Shown: positions 16,428 to 25,748 of the stretch, piece after piece
Layout of the letters: every line of letters begins with the position of its first letter
Numbering within the stretch: position 1 is the first letter of the stretch
Assembly (NCBI GenBank): GCA_052279835.1
Contig: CP181291.1
Coordinates: 2,304,001 to 2,368,000, forward strand
DNA from: Microcoleus sp.
Lineage (GTDB): Bacteria; Cyanobacteriota; Cyanobacteriia; Cyanobacteriales; Microcoleaceae
Length of the DNA: 64,000 nt
Direction: 5' to 3'
Position numbers and translations under genes: made by a program
The notes under the pieces: model-generated
Seen by the model: the letters and a program-made list of their open reading frames with translations, nothing else
What the model was told of the DNA's origin: nothing
Databases searched by the model: none

Positions 16428-17789
16428 ATGAACCTGTCACTGAAGTTAGGGGGCAAAAGTCCCACACCCACAAAAACTTACCCAACACAGCATCTCAACG
16501 CCACAGGATTGCGGACATTACTCGTGGCTGCTTCCATAGCCTCTCTCTGCGCGAGTTGTCAAAGCCCGCAAACACCCACCGCCACAAGTTCTGGTAGCAC
16601 TCCCGGTAGCACTCCCGCAGCTACTCCTGTCGCAGTTAGCAGTCCCGCTGACCCCAACACTGTCAAAATTGTGTCTATGCTGCCGATGACAGGTAGTGCC
16701 TTGGGTCAAGCTCAAACCATGGTCAATGGGATTAAACAAGCCCTGGCTGAAACCGATTCCAAAGCCTGCGACGGCAAAATCAAAATGGAATACGAAGTGC
16801 TCGATGACGCCACTGCTGCGGCTGGCAAATGGGACCCCAGCCAAGTTACGTCCAATGCTAATAAAGTAGCAGCCGATGGTTCGGTAGTTGCTGCGATCGG
16901 TCACTATAACTCAGGGGCTGCCAAACTTTCAATTCCCGTGCTCAACCAAGCTAATGTAGTGATGGTGAGTCCGGCAAACACCTATCCGGGCTTGACAAAA
17001 CCAGGAAAAGGTGAGCCCAAAGAACCCAATGTTTATTACCCTGCAGGCACTCGCAATTTTAGTCGGGTTGTCCCGGCTGATGACCTCCAAGGTGCTGTGG
17101 CGGCCAACTGGGCGAAATCTTTAGGAGTTAAAAAAGTCTATATTCTGGATGACCAAGAACTCTACGGCAAAGGTATTGCTGACGTTTTTGAAGCAAGTGC
17201 TAAAACTGCGGGAATTGAGGTGCTTGGTCGTGAGGGAATTGATATCAAAGCCAGTGATTATAAAGCTTTAATGAATAAGATCAAAGCTTTGAATCCAGAA
17301 ATGATTTATTTTGGTGGTACGACCCAAAGTAATGCCGGACAAATAATTAAAGACATCAGAAATGTCGGCATGACACAGGAAGCAGTCAAATTCATGGGAC
17401 CAGACGGCATTAAAGAGCAAGCTTTAATTGATGCTGGAGGTAAAGATGCCGAAGGTGTTTATGCTACCTTTGGTGGCTTACCTCCAAAAGAATTGACTGG
17501 TGAGGGCGCGAAGTGGTACGCCGGTTACAAGGCAAAATATAATGCTGAACCGGAAGCTTATGCAGCTTATGCTTATGAATCTGCTAAGGTGATTATCGGC
17601 GCGATTAATAAGGTTTGTAAAAATGACCGCGCAGCTATCCGCGATGCTGTTTTGGCAACTAAAGATTTTAATGGGGTACTTGGTAATTGGAGTTTTGATG
17701 CTAATGGTGATACTAGCTTGACTACTATGTCAGGAAATGTTGTTAAAGGTGGGAAGTGGGAGTTTGTCAGCCCGCTTAAGACTGAATAA
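16428..17789 (+). CDS. livK: Branched-chain amino acid ABC transporter substrate-binding lipoprotein
   Basis: Lipobox-like LCASC; motifs IGHYNSG, SPANT.P.LT, YGKGIA, YFGG, DANGD. The start may instead be at 16395. Confidence 0.9.
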   Translation: MNLSLKLGGKSPTPTKTYPTQHLNATGLRTLLVAASIASLCASCQSPQTPTATSSGSTPGSTPAATPVAVSSPADPNTVKIVSMLPMTGSALGQAQTMVNGIKQALAETDSKACDGKIKMEYEVLDDATAAAGKWDPSQVTSNANKVAADGSVVAAIGHYNSGAAKLSIPVLNQANVVMVSPANTYPGLTKPGKGEPKEPNVYYPAGTRNFSRVVPADDLQGAVAANWAKSLGVKKVYILDDQELYGKGIADVFEASAKTAGIEVLGREGIDIKASDYKALMNKIKALNPEMIYFGGTTQSNAGQIIKDIRNVGMTQEAVKFMGPDGIKEQALIDAGGKDAEGVYATFGGLPPKELTGEGAKWYAGYKAKYNAEPEAYAAYAYESAKVIIGAINKVCKNDRAAIRDAVLATKDFNGVLGNWSFDANGDTSLTTMSGNVVKGGKWEFVSPLKTE

Positions 17790-18045
17790 TTAGTTAGTTG
17801 TCAGTTGTCAGTTTAACTGGTTAACTGGTTAACTGGTTCCCCGGCTCTGCCTGGGAACCGATGTCTAGAGGCTCTGCCTCGCTTTTCTAGTTAACTGGTT
17901 CCCCGGCTCTGCCTGGGAACCGATGTCTAGAGGCTCTGCCTCACTTTTCTAGTAGGAAAATTGGAGGCAGAGCCTCCGGATCTGCGTTCCCAGGCAGAGC
18001 CTGGGAACGAGTAGAATTCCCCATTTCCAATTCCCAATTCCCAAT
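17790..18045. repeat. 62-bp tandem duplication of a GTTCCC.GGCTCTGCCTGGGAAC palindromic element, an inverted partner, and flanking short tandem repeats
   Basis: Copies start at 17828 and 17890; inverted arm gaggcagagcctc...gttcccaggcagagcctgggaac at 17964-18008. Confidence 0.85.
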
Positions 18046-18049
18046 AATT

Positions 18050-19126
18050 ATGAAAAACTGGAAAAGCATTCTCTTATATTTAGGTGTAGCGTATATAGTT
18101 TTGCTGTTAGGTCCGATCGCCGGATTTGACTTGCCGAAAATTGTTGGTGAAATAGTCAAAAGTCCTGAAGTTCTGATTCAACAATTGTTAGTGGGTTTGG
18201 TCAACGGGGCGCTGATTGCAATTATTGCTTTGGGTTACACGATGGTTTATGGGATTATTGAGTTAATCAATTTTGCTCATGGCGATTTGTATATGTTGGG
18301 GGCTTTTGCTTCCCTGACTGTGTTCGGGGCTTTTGGGGTTCAAGACGGCGCACCTTTGGGTATTGCGATACCGGTGATGTTAGTCGCTTTAATTGTATGT
18401 TCGGTGTTTTGTGCGGGTCTGAATATTGTGGTGGAAAAGTATGCTTATCGACCTTTGCGAAATGCTCCTCGTTTGGCTCCGTTAATTTCGGCGATCGGCG
18501 TTTCGTTTATTTTCCAAAACATGGGATTATTTTGGGGAGGATTGAAAGCTTTTATTCCAGTGATGGGTTCTAATTCGGCTGCTCCGAAAAGCTTCCCCGA
18601 TTTGTTGCCACGAGTTGATATTCTCAAAGCTATGGGAATTGAAACGACTATTGTATTTACTACTAAAGATTTAATTGTGTTGGTAGTAGCTGTGGTATTG
18701 ATGGTTTTGCTTCATGTTTTCGTGCAGTACACTCGTCTGGGAAAGGCGATGCGGGCAACGGCTCAAAGCCGCGATGCTGCTAAAATTATGGGGATTAATG
18801 TGGATCAGATTATTGCTCTAACTTTTTTAATTGGTGGGGCTTTGGCTGGTTCGGCGGGAATTTTGGTTGGTTTGTACAACAATACTATTGTGTTTACGAT
18901 GGGGTTTACGGCGGGTTTGAGGGCTTTTACGGCGGCGGTTTTGGGGGGGATTGGTAATATTGTGGGGGCGATGTTAGGAGGGGTTTTGATTGGGGTGTTG
19001 TCCTCTTTGAGCGATCAGTATTTGTCGAGTCGCTGGACTAATGCTTGGGTGTTTGGGGTTTTGGTGGTGATTTTGGCTTTTCGGCCGGGCGGTTTGTTGG
19101 GTGAGAATGTTCAGGAGAAGGTTTGA
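18050..19126 (+). CDS. livH: Branched-chain amino acid ABC transporter permease
   Basis: Motifs ALGYTMVYGII.LINFAHG, LISAIG, GKAMRA, AAVLGGIG, RPGGLLG. Confidence 0.95.
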   Translation: MKNWKSILLYLGVAYIVLLLGPIAGFDLPKIVGEIVKSPEVLIQQLLVGLVNGALIAIIALGYTMVYGIIELINFAHGDLYMLGAFASLTVFGAFGVQDGAPLGIAIPVMLVALIVCSVFCAGLNIVVEKYAYRPLRNAPRLAPLISAIGVSFIFQNMGLFWGGLKAFIPVMGSNSAAPKSFPDLLPRVDILKAMGIETTIVFTTKDLIVLVVAVVLMVLLHVFVQYTRLGKAMRATAQSRDAAKIMGINVDQIIALTFLIGGALAGSAGILVGLYNNTIVFTMGFTAGLRAFTAAVLGGIGNIVGAMLGGVLIGVLSSLSDQYLSSRWTNAWVFGVLVVILAFRPGGLLGENVQEKV

Positions 19127-19144
19127 AGGTGCTGGGTTGAAATA

Positions 19145-19558
19145 ATGGCAAAAGACATTTATCATTATAATGTAAGGGCTGCCTTAGAAAAGGATGGGTG
19201 GATAATTACAGACGATCCTCTGACTCTGCAATTTGGTTCGCGCGGTGTGTTTGTGGATTTGGGAGCTAAAAAGCTGCTAGCAGCCGAACGCGAAGGACAA
19301 AGAATTGCAGTTGAAATCAAAAGTTTTGTCGGCAAGTCTCCAGTCAAAGATTGGGAAAATGCGATCGGTCAATACACTTTGTACTTAAAAATCCTCTCGA
19401 AAAAAGATCCAGATCGCACTCTCTATCTAGCAATTACTGAAGAGATTTATACAAGCTTCTTTAATGAAGATATCGTGCAGGTTGTACTTGAAGATGGAGT
19501 AATAAAAATTCTAGTTGTAGATACTATTCAGGAGGTTATTACCAGATGGATAAACTAG
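19145..19558 (+). CDS. xisH: XisH family protein
   Basis: MAKDIYH..VR.ALEKDGW.IT.DPL, DLGA.KLLAAE, IAVEIKSF, AIGQY. Confidence 0.93.
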   Translation: MAKDIYHYNVRAALEKDGWIITDDPLTLQFGSRGVFVDLGAKKLLAAEREGQRIAVEIKSFVGKSPVKDWENAIGQYTLYLKILSKKDPDRTLYLAITEEIYTSFFNEDIVQVVLEDGVIKILVVDTIQEVITRWIN

Positions 19559-19881
19559 ATGAATACCGCGACTTAATTTATAAAATCCTGTCGTACTATG
19601 GCAGTCTACCGTACAGATATGCCGAGATTAATAATAAAGTCATTGTCAGCGAAGACCGCAATGATTTTTTATTGATGAGTGAAGGCTGGGAGGGCCAAAA
19701 ACGACTTCACTACTGCCTCGTTCACGTTGAAATTCGCAACGGCAAACTCTGGATTCATTATGACGGTATTGAAGACGGAATTACTGATGAATTACTGGAG
19801 GGTGGTGTCCCGGAAAATTGTATTGTTTTGGCGTTTCATTCCCCGGAAGTACGCAAACATACTGGATTTGCGATTGCCTAA
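19546..19881 (+). CDS. xisI: XisI family protein
   Basis: MDKLDEYR, GW...R...C..H..I.NGK.WI.YDG.EDGI..EL...GVP...IVLAFH.P..R..T.FA; overlaps the end of xisH. Confidence 0.93.
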   Translation: MDKLDEYRDLIYKILSYYGSLPYRYAEINNKVIVSEDRNDFLLMSEGWEGQKRLHYCLVHVEIRNGKLWIHYDGIEDGITDELLEGGVPENCIVLAFHSPEVRKHTGFAIA

Positions 19882-19900
19882 AAAATCGATCGCGATCGCA

Positions 19901-20474
19901 TTAAATATTACCAGGTTTCAACCAGCCAAAAATTTCGCCTAAAGTTAACTGCATTTCGCCCATAAATTCGGGAACCGGCAGTATATCTGTCGGTTCTTGC
20001 AAGGAAATCGGCTGCTGCCCTGCGGGATAAGCTAAGATGTTTTTCTCATCGGGATCGAGCAACCAACCCATCTGGCAACCGGCGTTCAAACAGTGCAAAA
20101 TATTGTTGGTAACTTTGGTTTGGCTTTGGCCTGGGGATAAAATTTCTATTGTCCAGTCTGGGTGAGCATTAAATGTATTGGCAATTTCACCGTCAGCGTC
20201 TAGGGGAATGCGATTCCAAACAAAAATCCCGACATCGGGAACGATAGAAACGTCCGCCAAAGGTGCAGCGAATTTCTGGAAATGCCCAAGCAATCCGCTG
20301 AGGTTTGCCCACTGCATTAACCGTCGTGATGAGTTCTCCCTGAATTGTACTATGTTTTCCTTGCGGCATAGGTTTTTGTAAAATGACACCGTTGATGTAT
20401 TCGCTAGCGGGTTTTGTTTCTGGGAGTTGCAAAAACTCGTCGAGGGTGATAGTTTTTTGAGGAGCTTGTACCAT
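19901..20474 (-). pseudogene. Frameshifted Uma2-family endonuclease
   Basis: The N-half (MVQAPQKTITLDEFLQLPETKPASEY...CTFGGR) and C-half (SIVPD...PDWTIEILSP...GWLLDP) are in different frames; one extra base in the A-run at 20248-20250. Confidence 0.85.
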
Positions 20475-20692
20475 ATCGCGATCGCCCGTTTGAAGTGTGT
20501 TGCGGTAACAGTTCCAGTATATTTCAAGTTTCGTCGCTTTTGCTGCAACAATCGAACTCAAAAGACTTTAAACTGTAGCTAGTCTCCCAGTTTCCAGAGC
20601 AAGCAGTCTAAGGAATTGATTGAGGCAGAAGTTGGCACAGCCCGCGTCAGTCGTATCTATACTGCAACTCCTAGCCTTCTTCTATTTAGCGC

Positions 20693-20742
20693 ATGACTAA
20701 TAACTGATAACTAATGACTAATAACTACTGACTAATGACTAA
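20693..20742. repeat. Short tandem repeats (TGACTAA-like)
   Basis: tgactaa taactga taactaa tgactaa taactac tgactaa tgactaa, running into the livM start. Confidence 0.75.
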
Positions 20743-22300
20743 TAAAATAATCAAAGCAATTAAATCAAGTGGTCTTTTAGGGGCGATCGCCTCTTTGACT
20801 GTACTCCTATTCGGCGGTTGGAGTGGAACTGTCATCGGCTGGCTGATGGGTACGGCTGCGGGCTTTATAGCTGCTCGAGAACAGAAGGCTTATAACCCGA
20901 AAATGGGTGCGACCATCGGCAGTTTAGCGGGGTTGGGCTTGGGAGTTTGGCTATTAGTTGCTAGCGTGGTAGAAGGGGTGGTAGTTAGACCTTTTTCTGG
21001 TCAATCTGCGGTGGATTTAGCGACTACTTTGCTCTATGGAATTTGCAGTTTGGCGATCGCCATTTTGACCGCTACATTAATGGGTGCTCTACAAGGTTTA
21101 CCAAACGAACGCCAGCGATTGGCAACTTTGGTGACATTAGCTTTTATTCTAATTCTGTTTCCGTTCATCGATCTTCAGGCAAAAACTGGCTGGATTGCTA
21201 CTGTAGTACAGATTCAAATCTTTATTATGTTGGCGCTGGGTTTAAACATTACTGTGGGTTTTGCGGGTTTGTTGGATTTGGGATATGCGGCATTTTTTGC
21301 GATCGGCGCTTACACCACGGCTTTGCTATCTTCTGGACAGGTAAATATTGCTTGGAATTTTTGGATAGTTTTGCCGATCGCCGCTGCTGTAGCTGGCATA
21401 TTCGGGGTAATCCTGGGTATTCCGACACTGCGACTCAAGGGCGACTATTTGGCAATTGTTACCCTGGGCTTTGGCGAAATTATTCCGGTTGTCTTTAGAA
21501 ACTTAACCGCGATTCGGATCGATGAACCAGTCTCGAAGATTGTGGCTTCGTTGTTGGGGAAACCAGAGTTGGTGTTATGTCTCGTTGGGTGCGATCGACC
21601 TTTCAACCTCACCGGTGGCGAAGCAGGAATAAACCCGATCGGGCGTCCATCTCTCCCCATCATCGGCACTTTCAGCACCGGCAACTACTTTCCCTGGTAC
21701 TACCTAATTTTACTATTAGTAGTCTTCTCATACTTTATGATTTCCCGACTCCGAGATTCCCGCCTAGGGAGGGCATGGAATGCCATGCGCGAAGATGAAT
21801 TAGCGGCTAGTGCCATGGGCATTAACCTCGTCAAAACCAAACTTTCGGCTTTTGCAATGGGAGCCACATTTTCGGGGTTTGCAGGCGCGTTTTACGCAGC
21901 TTATATCAGCGCCATTTTTCCCAGCGTCTTTGATTTTTCCGTCTCCGTAATCATCCTGTGCATGGTAATTTTAGGAGGCTTGGGCAACATGACTGGTGTG
22001 ATTTTGGGCGGTATCATTATCATGTCCGCCGATCGCCTTTATCTACCCCAACTAGCCCAAGTCTTGAAAGGTTTTCTGAATACTTTTGTACTACCCAGGA
22101 TTGCAATCCCGCAGTTAGCAGACTTTCTGGCTACCAGTTTAGACCCGATTCAAATGCGTTTATTTCTATTCGGTTTAACTCTAGTTGTCATGATGATTGT
22201 CCGCCCAGAAGGGCTGATTCCCGATAAAATTCATCAAGCTGAACTGCATGATGATGCTGAAGCGAGTAATGAGTCTTTAGCAGATGCCAGAAGTCAATAG
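20735..22300 (+). CDS. livM: Branched-chain amino acid ABC transporter permease
   Basis: Motifs ALGLNITVGFAGLLDLGYAAF, LRLKGDYLAIVTLGFGEI, GRAW.AMREDE.AA, MVILGG.G, RPEGL. Confidence 0.95.
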   Translation: MTNKIIKAIKSSGLLGAIASLTVLLFGGWSGTVIGWLMGTAAGFIAAREQKAYNPKMGATIGSLAGLGLGVWLLVASVVEGVVVRPFSGQSAVDLATTLLYGICSLAIAILTATLMGALQGLPNERQRLATLVTLAFILILFPFIDLQAKTGWIATVVQIQIFIMLALGLNITVGFAGLLDLGYAAFFAIGAYTTALLSSGQVNIAWNFWIVLPIAAAVAGIFGVILGIPTLRLKGDYLAIVTLGFGEIIPVVFRNLTAIRIDEPVSKIVASLLGKPELVLCLVGCDRPFNLTGGEAGINPIGRPSLPIIGTFSTGNYFPWYYLILLLVVFSYFMISRLRDSRLGRAWNAMREDELAASAMGINLVKTKLSAFAMGATFSGFAGAFYAAYISAIFPSVFDFSVSVIILCMVILGGLGNMTGVILGGIIIMSADRLYLPQLAQVLKGFLNTFVLPRIAIPQLADFLATSLDPIQMRLFLFGLTLVVMMIVRPEGLIPDKIHQAELHDDAEASNESLADARSQ

Positions 22301-22368
22301 TAATATCAATTCTGGTTAATTGGCGATCGCTATTCAACAAAACATCAGACAAGGGGGAAACATCAGCG

Positions 22369-23208
22369 ATGAGTAATAATTTAACTGGGACTGCTTTTAT
22401 TGTGGCAGAATTTAGAGCAGAAGAAAATGCAGAGACTACTCCTCTTTATACTGACAATGTAGTAAAAATCTGGCTCAATGAAGAAACCAGAAAAATTGCC
22501 AGCGAAATAGCTCAAAACTCTCCTGCTGCTAAAGAAATGATTAAATTGCGGACTAAATATTTTGATGATGTTTTGTCCAATCAAATTTTAGCAGGGTGCA
22601 AGCAAATCGTCATTCTAGGCTCTGGTTTGGATACTCGCGCTGCTAGAATCAATGGATCGGGAGTGATTTATTTTGAAATAGACGATCGCGCGACACTTGA
22701 ATTAAAAGAATCCACACTCAAAGCTCATAAAATTACGGCCAATGTCCGCTACATTCCGGGTGATTACGTCCACGATGGTTTAATAGCTTTGCTAAGACAG
22801 AGCGATTTTGATTTTGAGCAATATACATATTTTTTGTGGGAAGGGAACACCACCTTACTTGCCAAACAAGATGTCATCTTTGTATTAGAAACAATTCGCG
22901 ACCATGTTAAGGATTTTAAATTGTCCTTTGATTATATGTCGGAAAAGGTGATTGCGAGAACCACGGGCTACCAAGATATCAATGATTACATAGATAAATA
23001 CGAAAGTATGTACACACCGTGGATTACTGGGTTTGAAAATATTGAGACTTTGGCGGACGAACTAAGTCTCAAAATTATTGATAACTTCTCAACCGCCCAG
23101 TTGCACCAACAATATCGCCCTGAAGGTTCGTTAGCATCTAATCTTTTAAAGTTCTACTTTGTTTGTACCTTAGAAAATGCAGTAGGCTGTGTCAGTCCTG
23201 AGATTTGA
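22369..23208 (+). CDS. Class I SAM-dependent methyltransferase (LCM-like)
   Basis: Motifs TAFIVAEFRA.E, RTKYFDD, QIVILGSGLDTR, FEID, WEG. Confidence 0.85.
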   Translation: MSNNLTGTAFIVAEFRAEENAETTPLYTDNVVKIWLNEETRKIASEIAQNSPAAKEMIKLRTKYFDDVLSNQILAGCKQIVILGSGLDTRAARINGSGVIYFEIDDRATLELKESTLKAHKITANVRYIPGDYVHDGLIALLRQSDFDFEQYTYFLWEGNTTLLAKQDVIFVLETIRDHVKDFKLSFDYMSEKVIARTTGYQDINDYIDKYESMYTPWITGFENIETLADELSLKIIDNFSTAQLHQQYRPEGSLASNLLKFYFVCTLENAVGCVSPEI

Positions 23209-23413
23209 CTCAACTCAAACAATATTCTGCTGACGCACCTTAGTAGAGTAAAGGCGATCGCACTTTGCTGCGCCCTAACGCCTGCAAAAGTATTTGCCAA
23301 TGTGTCTCAGGCAGGCTAAAATAGGAATTAACAAGCTTGACCGTCACGTCAGCAGGATTAGCCATCCTCTATATCGTAGGGTCAAGGTGGCATCGCTCCA
23401 ATTATTTAAAGCT

Positions 23414-24196
23414 ATGACTTTAGCGACAAAACAAATCATTGACCAAAGCAATGACACCGAAGAAATTAAGGGAGTTGGAGAACAATTTGCAGCGATACAA
23501 CAATCCTTAGAAAAAGCATTCCAATCTCAAGATGCTCTGGCACCAGAGGAAGGTATTAGAGAACTGCTGTCAATCTACGACCTTTATCTACATATTGAAT
23601 CAGAAAGCAATCCGGCGGAGAGATTTAAAAGTTTAGAAGAACTTGAACTTAGAGTCGAAGCATTTAAGACAAAGTACAGAGACTTTGCCCCGCAGGAAGC
23701 TGTTGATGGCATAGAAAAGGTGCAACTTTGGGCTAAAATATCTAGAAAAATGATATCTTCCAAAGTTTATACGCTTGCTGCATCTGTTGAAGACAACGAA
23801 GTAAAACAACTAGGATTATTTTACACAGGACTCATCGATTTATTAGAGATTGCAGAAAATTATCTCAGCTTCTTTACGCAAAGAGGTCGCGAATTAGTCA
23901 AAGCTCTAGCTCAGACAGTAATCAGCGATCAAACATTTGAAGATTATGCAAAGAAAAGACCAGCAGATGAAATCACCAGCGGAGCCATAAGCATAAGAAA
24001 TGCAGCCAAAGCAATTTTATGGGAAATCGATCGGTCCGATCGCAAAATTTTCTCGTATAAATCACTCTATGAAGAAGCCAACAATGCACTAAAAACAGAT
24101 GAGAAAGAAGAACTTCTTAAAACTCTGCGTTGCTGGCGTGAAGAAGACATCAACGAGCTTGAAAAGCTATCGGAAAACAAGCAACCTAACTCATGA
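23414..24196 (+). CDS. Helical hypothetical protein, putative antitoxin partner of the PIN toxin
   Basis: ATGA overlap with the PIN gene; C-terminal LLKTLRCWREED resembles the L..W.EE motif seen in partners of cyanobacterial PIN genes. Confidence 0.5.
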   Translation: MTLATKQIIDQSNDTEEIKGVGEQFAAIQQSLEKAFQSQDALAPEEGIRELLSIYDLYLHIESESNPAERFKSLEELELRVEAFKTKYRDFAPQEAVDGIEKVQLWAKISRKMISSKVYTLAASVEDNEVKQLGLFYTGLIDLLEIAENYLSFFTQRGRELVKALAQTVISDQTFEDYAKKRPADEITSGAISIRNAAKAILWEIDRSDRKIFSYKSLYEEANNALKTDEKEELLKTLRCWREEDINELEKLSENKQPNS

Positions 24197-24753
24197 CTAA
24201 GTTGATTTTTTTAGATACGGGTGTCGTCGGAAAACTCATACATCCCCTTGTTGACAAAGGCAAAAATAGGTTGAATCAAAGTGTTCAAAGCGCAGTTAAA
24301 GAATCGATTATAGAAGCCATTGAATGCAATGAATGGTTAGAGACCCTAATAAATGCAGAATACTCTGTAGCTATATCCGAAATCGTAAACTACGAAGCAA
24401 GGCGGGATCTTGTAAGACGAATCCGCGATCGCAAATCTCAACCAGAAGACAAACAAAAAGCTCTTAAAGCTATTCAAAGGCTAGATGCACTAATCACAAA
24501 AAAAGGAGTTGCATATTTTCCAGTTACTTGCGAAGAAGGCAACGTCATGCAAGAAGCGGCTGAGCTATGGGCTTTTGCACGCAATAATTCTTATGTAGCC
24601 TACGATGCAGACTTAATCATAGCTGCTCAAGCCGTCATTATTAAGAGAATAGGAATAGATGTAATCATTGCTACAACTGATACCGAAGACTTTAACCGAT
24701 TGTTGAAACACCACCAGATTGAAGCTAGGCGCTGGAGAGATATTAAACCTTAG
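24193..24753 (+). CDS. PIN-domain (VapC-like) ribonuclease
   Basis: Acidic motifs IFLDTG, SEIVNYEARR, AAELWA, DADLIIAAQA, IIATTD. Confidence 0.85.
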   Translation: MTKLIFLDTGVVGKLIHPLVDKGKNRLNQSVQSAVKESIIEAIECNEWLETLINAEYSVAISEIVNYEARRDLVRRIRDRKSQPEDKQKALKAIQRLDALITKKGVAYFPVTCEEGNVMQEAAELWAFARNNSYVAYDADLIIAAQAVIIKRIGIDVIIATTDTEDFNRLLKHHQIEARRWRDIKP

Positions 24754-24844
24754 CTGAACAGTCATTTAATTTTCCACCTTTTTGTCCTGAAACTCAAAAA
24801 GCAAATCTCTAACAACCAAACTAAAATCAGGAAACACAACCAAA

Positions 24845-25624
24845 ATGTCATTATTAGAAGCACAACAACTTACCATGCGATTCGGTGGCTTGACTGCCGT
24901 AAATCAGGTCAGCTTAACTTTAGAAAAAGGGTCGATCGCCAGTTTGATCGGCCCCAACGGTGCAGGTAAAACCACGTTTTTTAATATGCTGACGGGAATT
25001 TATAAACCAAGTGCCGGTCAGTTGGTACTGGAAAATAAAAATATTACAGGCTTACCGCCCGATCGCCTGACAACTTTTGGCATTGCTAGAACCTTTCAAA
25101 ATATCCGCTTGTTTAACAACATGACTGTTTTGGATAATGTGCTAGTAGGTAGACACTGCCGCTTAAAAACAGGTTTGTTGGGTGCAATTCTCCGCCCTCC
25201 CACTGTGACTTTGGAGGAACGGGAAGCTAAGAAAAAAGCCTTGACGATGCTGGAATTTGTCGGTTTAGGTGCTGCGAAAGCCCCGGAGTTGGCAAAAAAC
25301 CTTTCCTACGGCGACCAGCGTAGATTGGAAATTGCTAGGGCTTTGGCATCAGACCCGAAAGTTTTGCTTTTAGATGAACCGACTGCGGGGATGAATCCCA
25401 ATGAAACAGCCGATTTAACTCGCTTTATTTACCGGATTCGGGATGAGTTGGATTTGAGTATTTTGCTAATTGAACATGATATGAAAGTGGTGATGGGAAT
25501 TAGCGATCGCGTCAGTGTTATGGAATATGGCACTAAAATTGCAGAGGGAACTCCGGTAGAAGTTCGCGCTAATCCTCGCGTGATTGAGGCATATTTGGGG
25601 AAAGAAGAAGATGCTAACGGGTAA
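24845..25624 (+). CDS. livG: Branched-chain amino acid ABC transporter ATP-binding protein
   Basis: Motifs GPNGAGKTT, ARTFQNIRLF, LSYGDQRRLEIARALA, LLLDEP, IEHDM, VIEAYLG. Confidence 0.96.
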   Translation: MSLLEAQQLTMRFGGLTAVNQVSLTLEKGSIASLIGPNGAGKTTFFNMLTGIYKPSAGQLVLENKNITGLPPDRLTTFGIARTFQNIRLFNNMTVLDNVLVGRHCRLKTGLLGAILRPPTVTLEEREAKKKALTMLEFVGLGAAKAPELAKNLSYGDQRRLEIARALASDPKVLLLDEPTAGMNPNETADLTRFIYRIRDELDLSILLIEHDMKVVMGISDRVSVMEYGTKIAEGTPVEVRANPRVIEAYLGKEEDANG

Positions 25625-25748
25625 TAGTTCGACGAGTTGAATTGCGAAAATAATTAGGACGGGTTCGCCTGCCCATCCTAAAATTTTATTACCACAAATT
25701 TTGCAATGTTCTCTGCGGACTTTACAGATTTATGTTGTGGGATTTTTG

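Noticed and set aside
17828..18011. Possible CRISPR array
   Set aside because: Only two direct units with identical intervening sequence, no unique spacers and no cas genes; it is a palindromic dispersed repeat.
19901..20561. Two overlapping ORFs (216 and 122 aa) as separate genes
   Set aside because: They are the two halves of one frameshifted Uma2 gene.
23294..23413. N-terminal extensions given by the ORF track (also 7396, 40399, 629 and 14410)
   Set aside because: Downstream ATGs have better RBS or family-typical N-termini.
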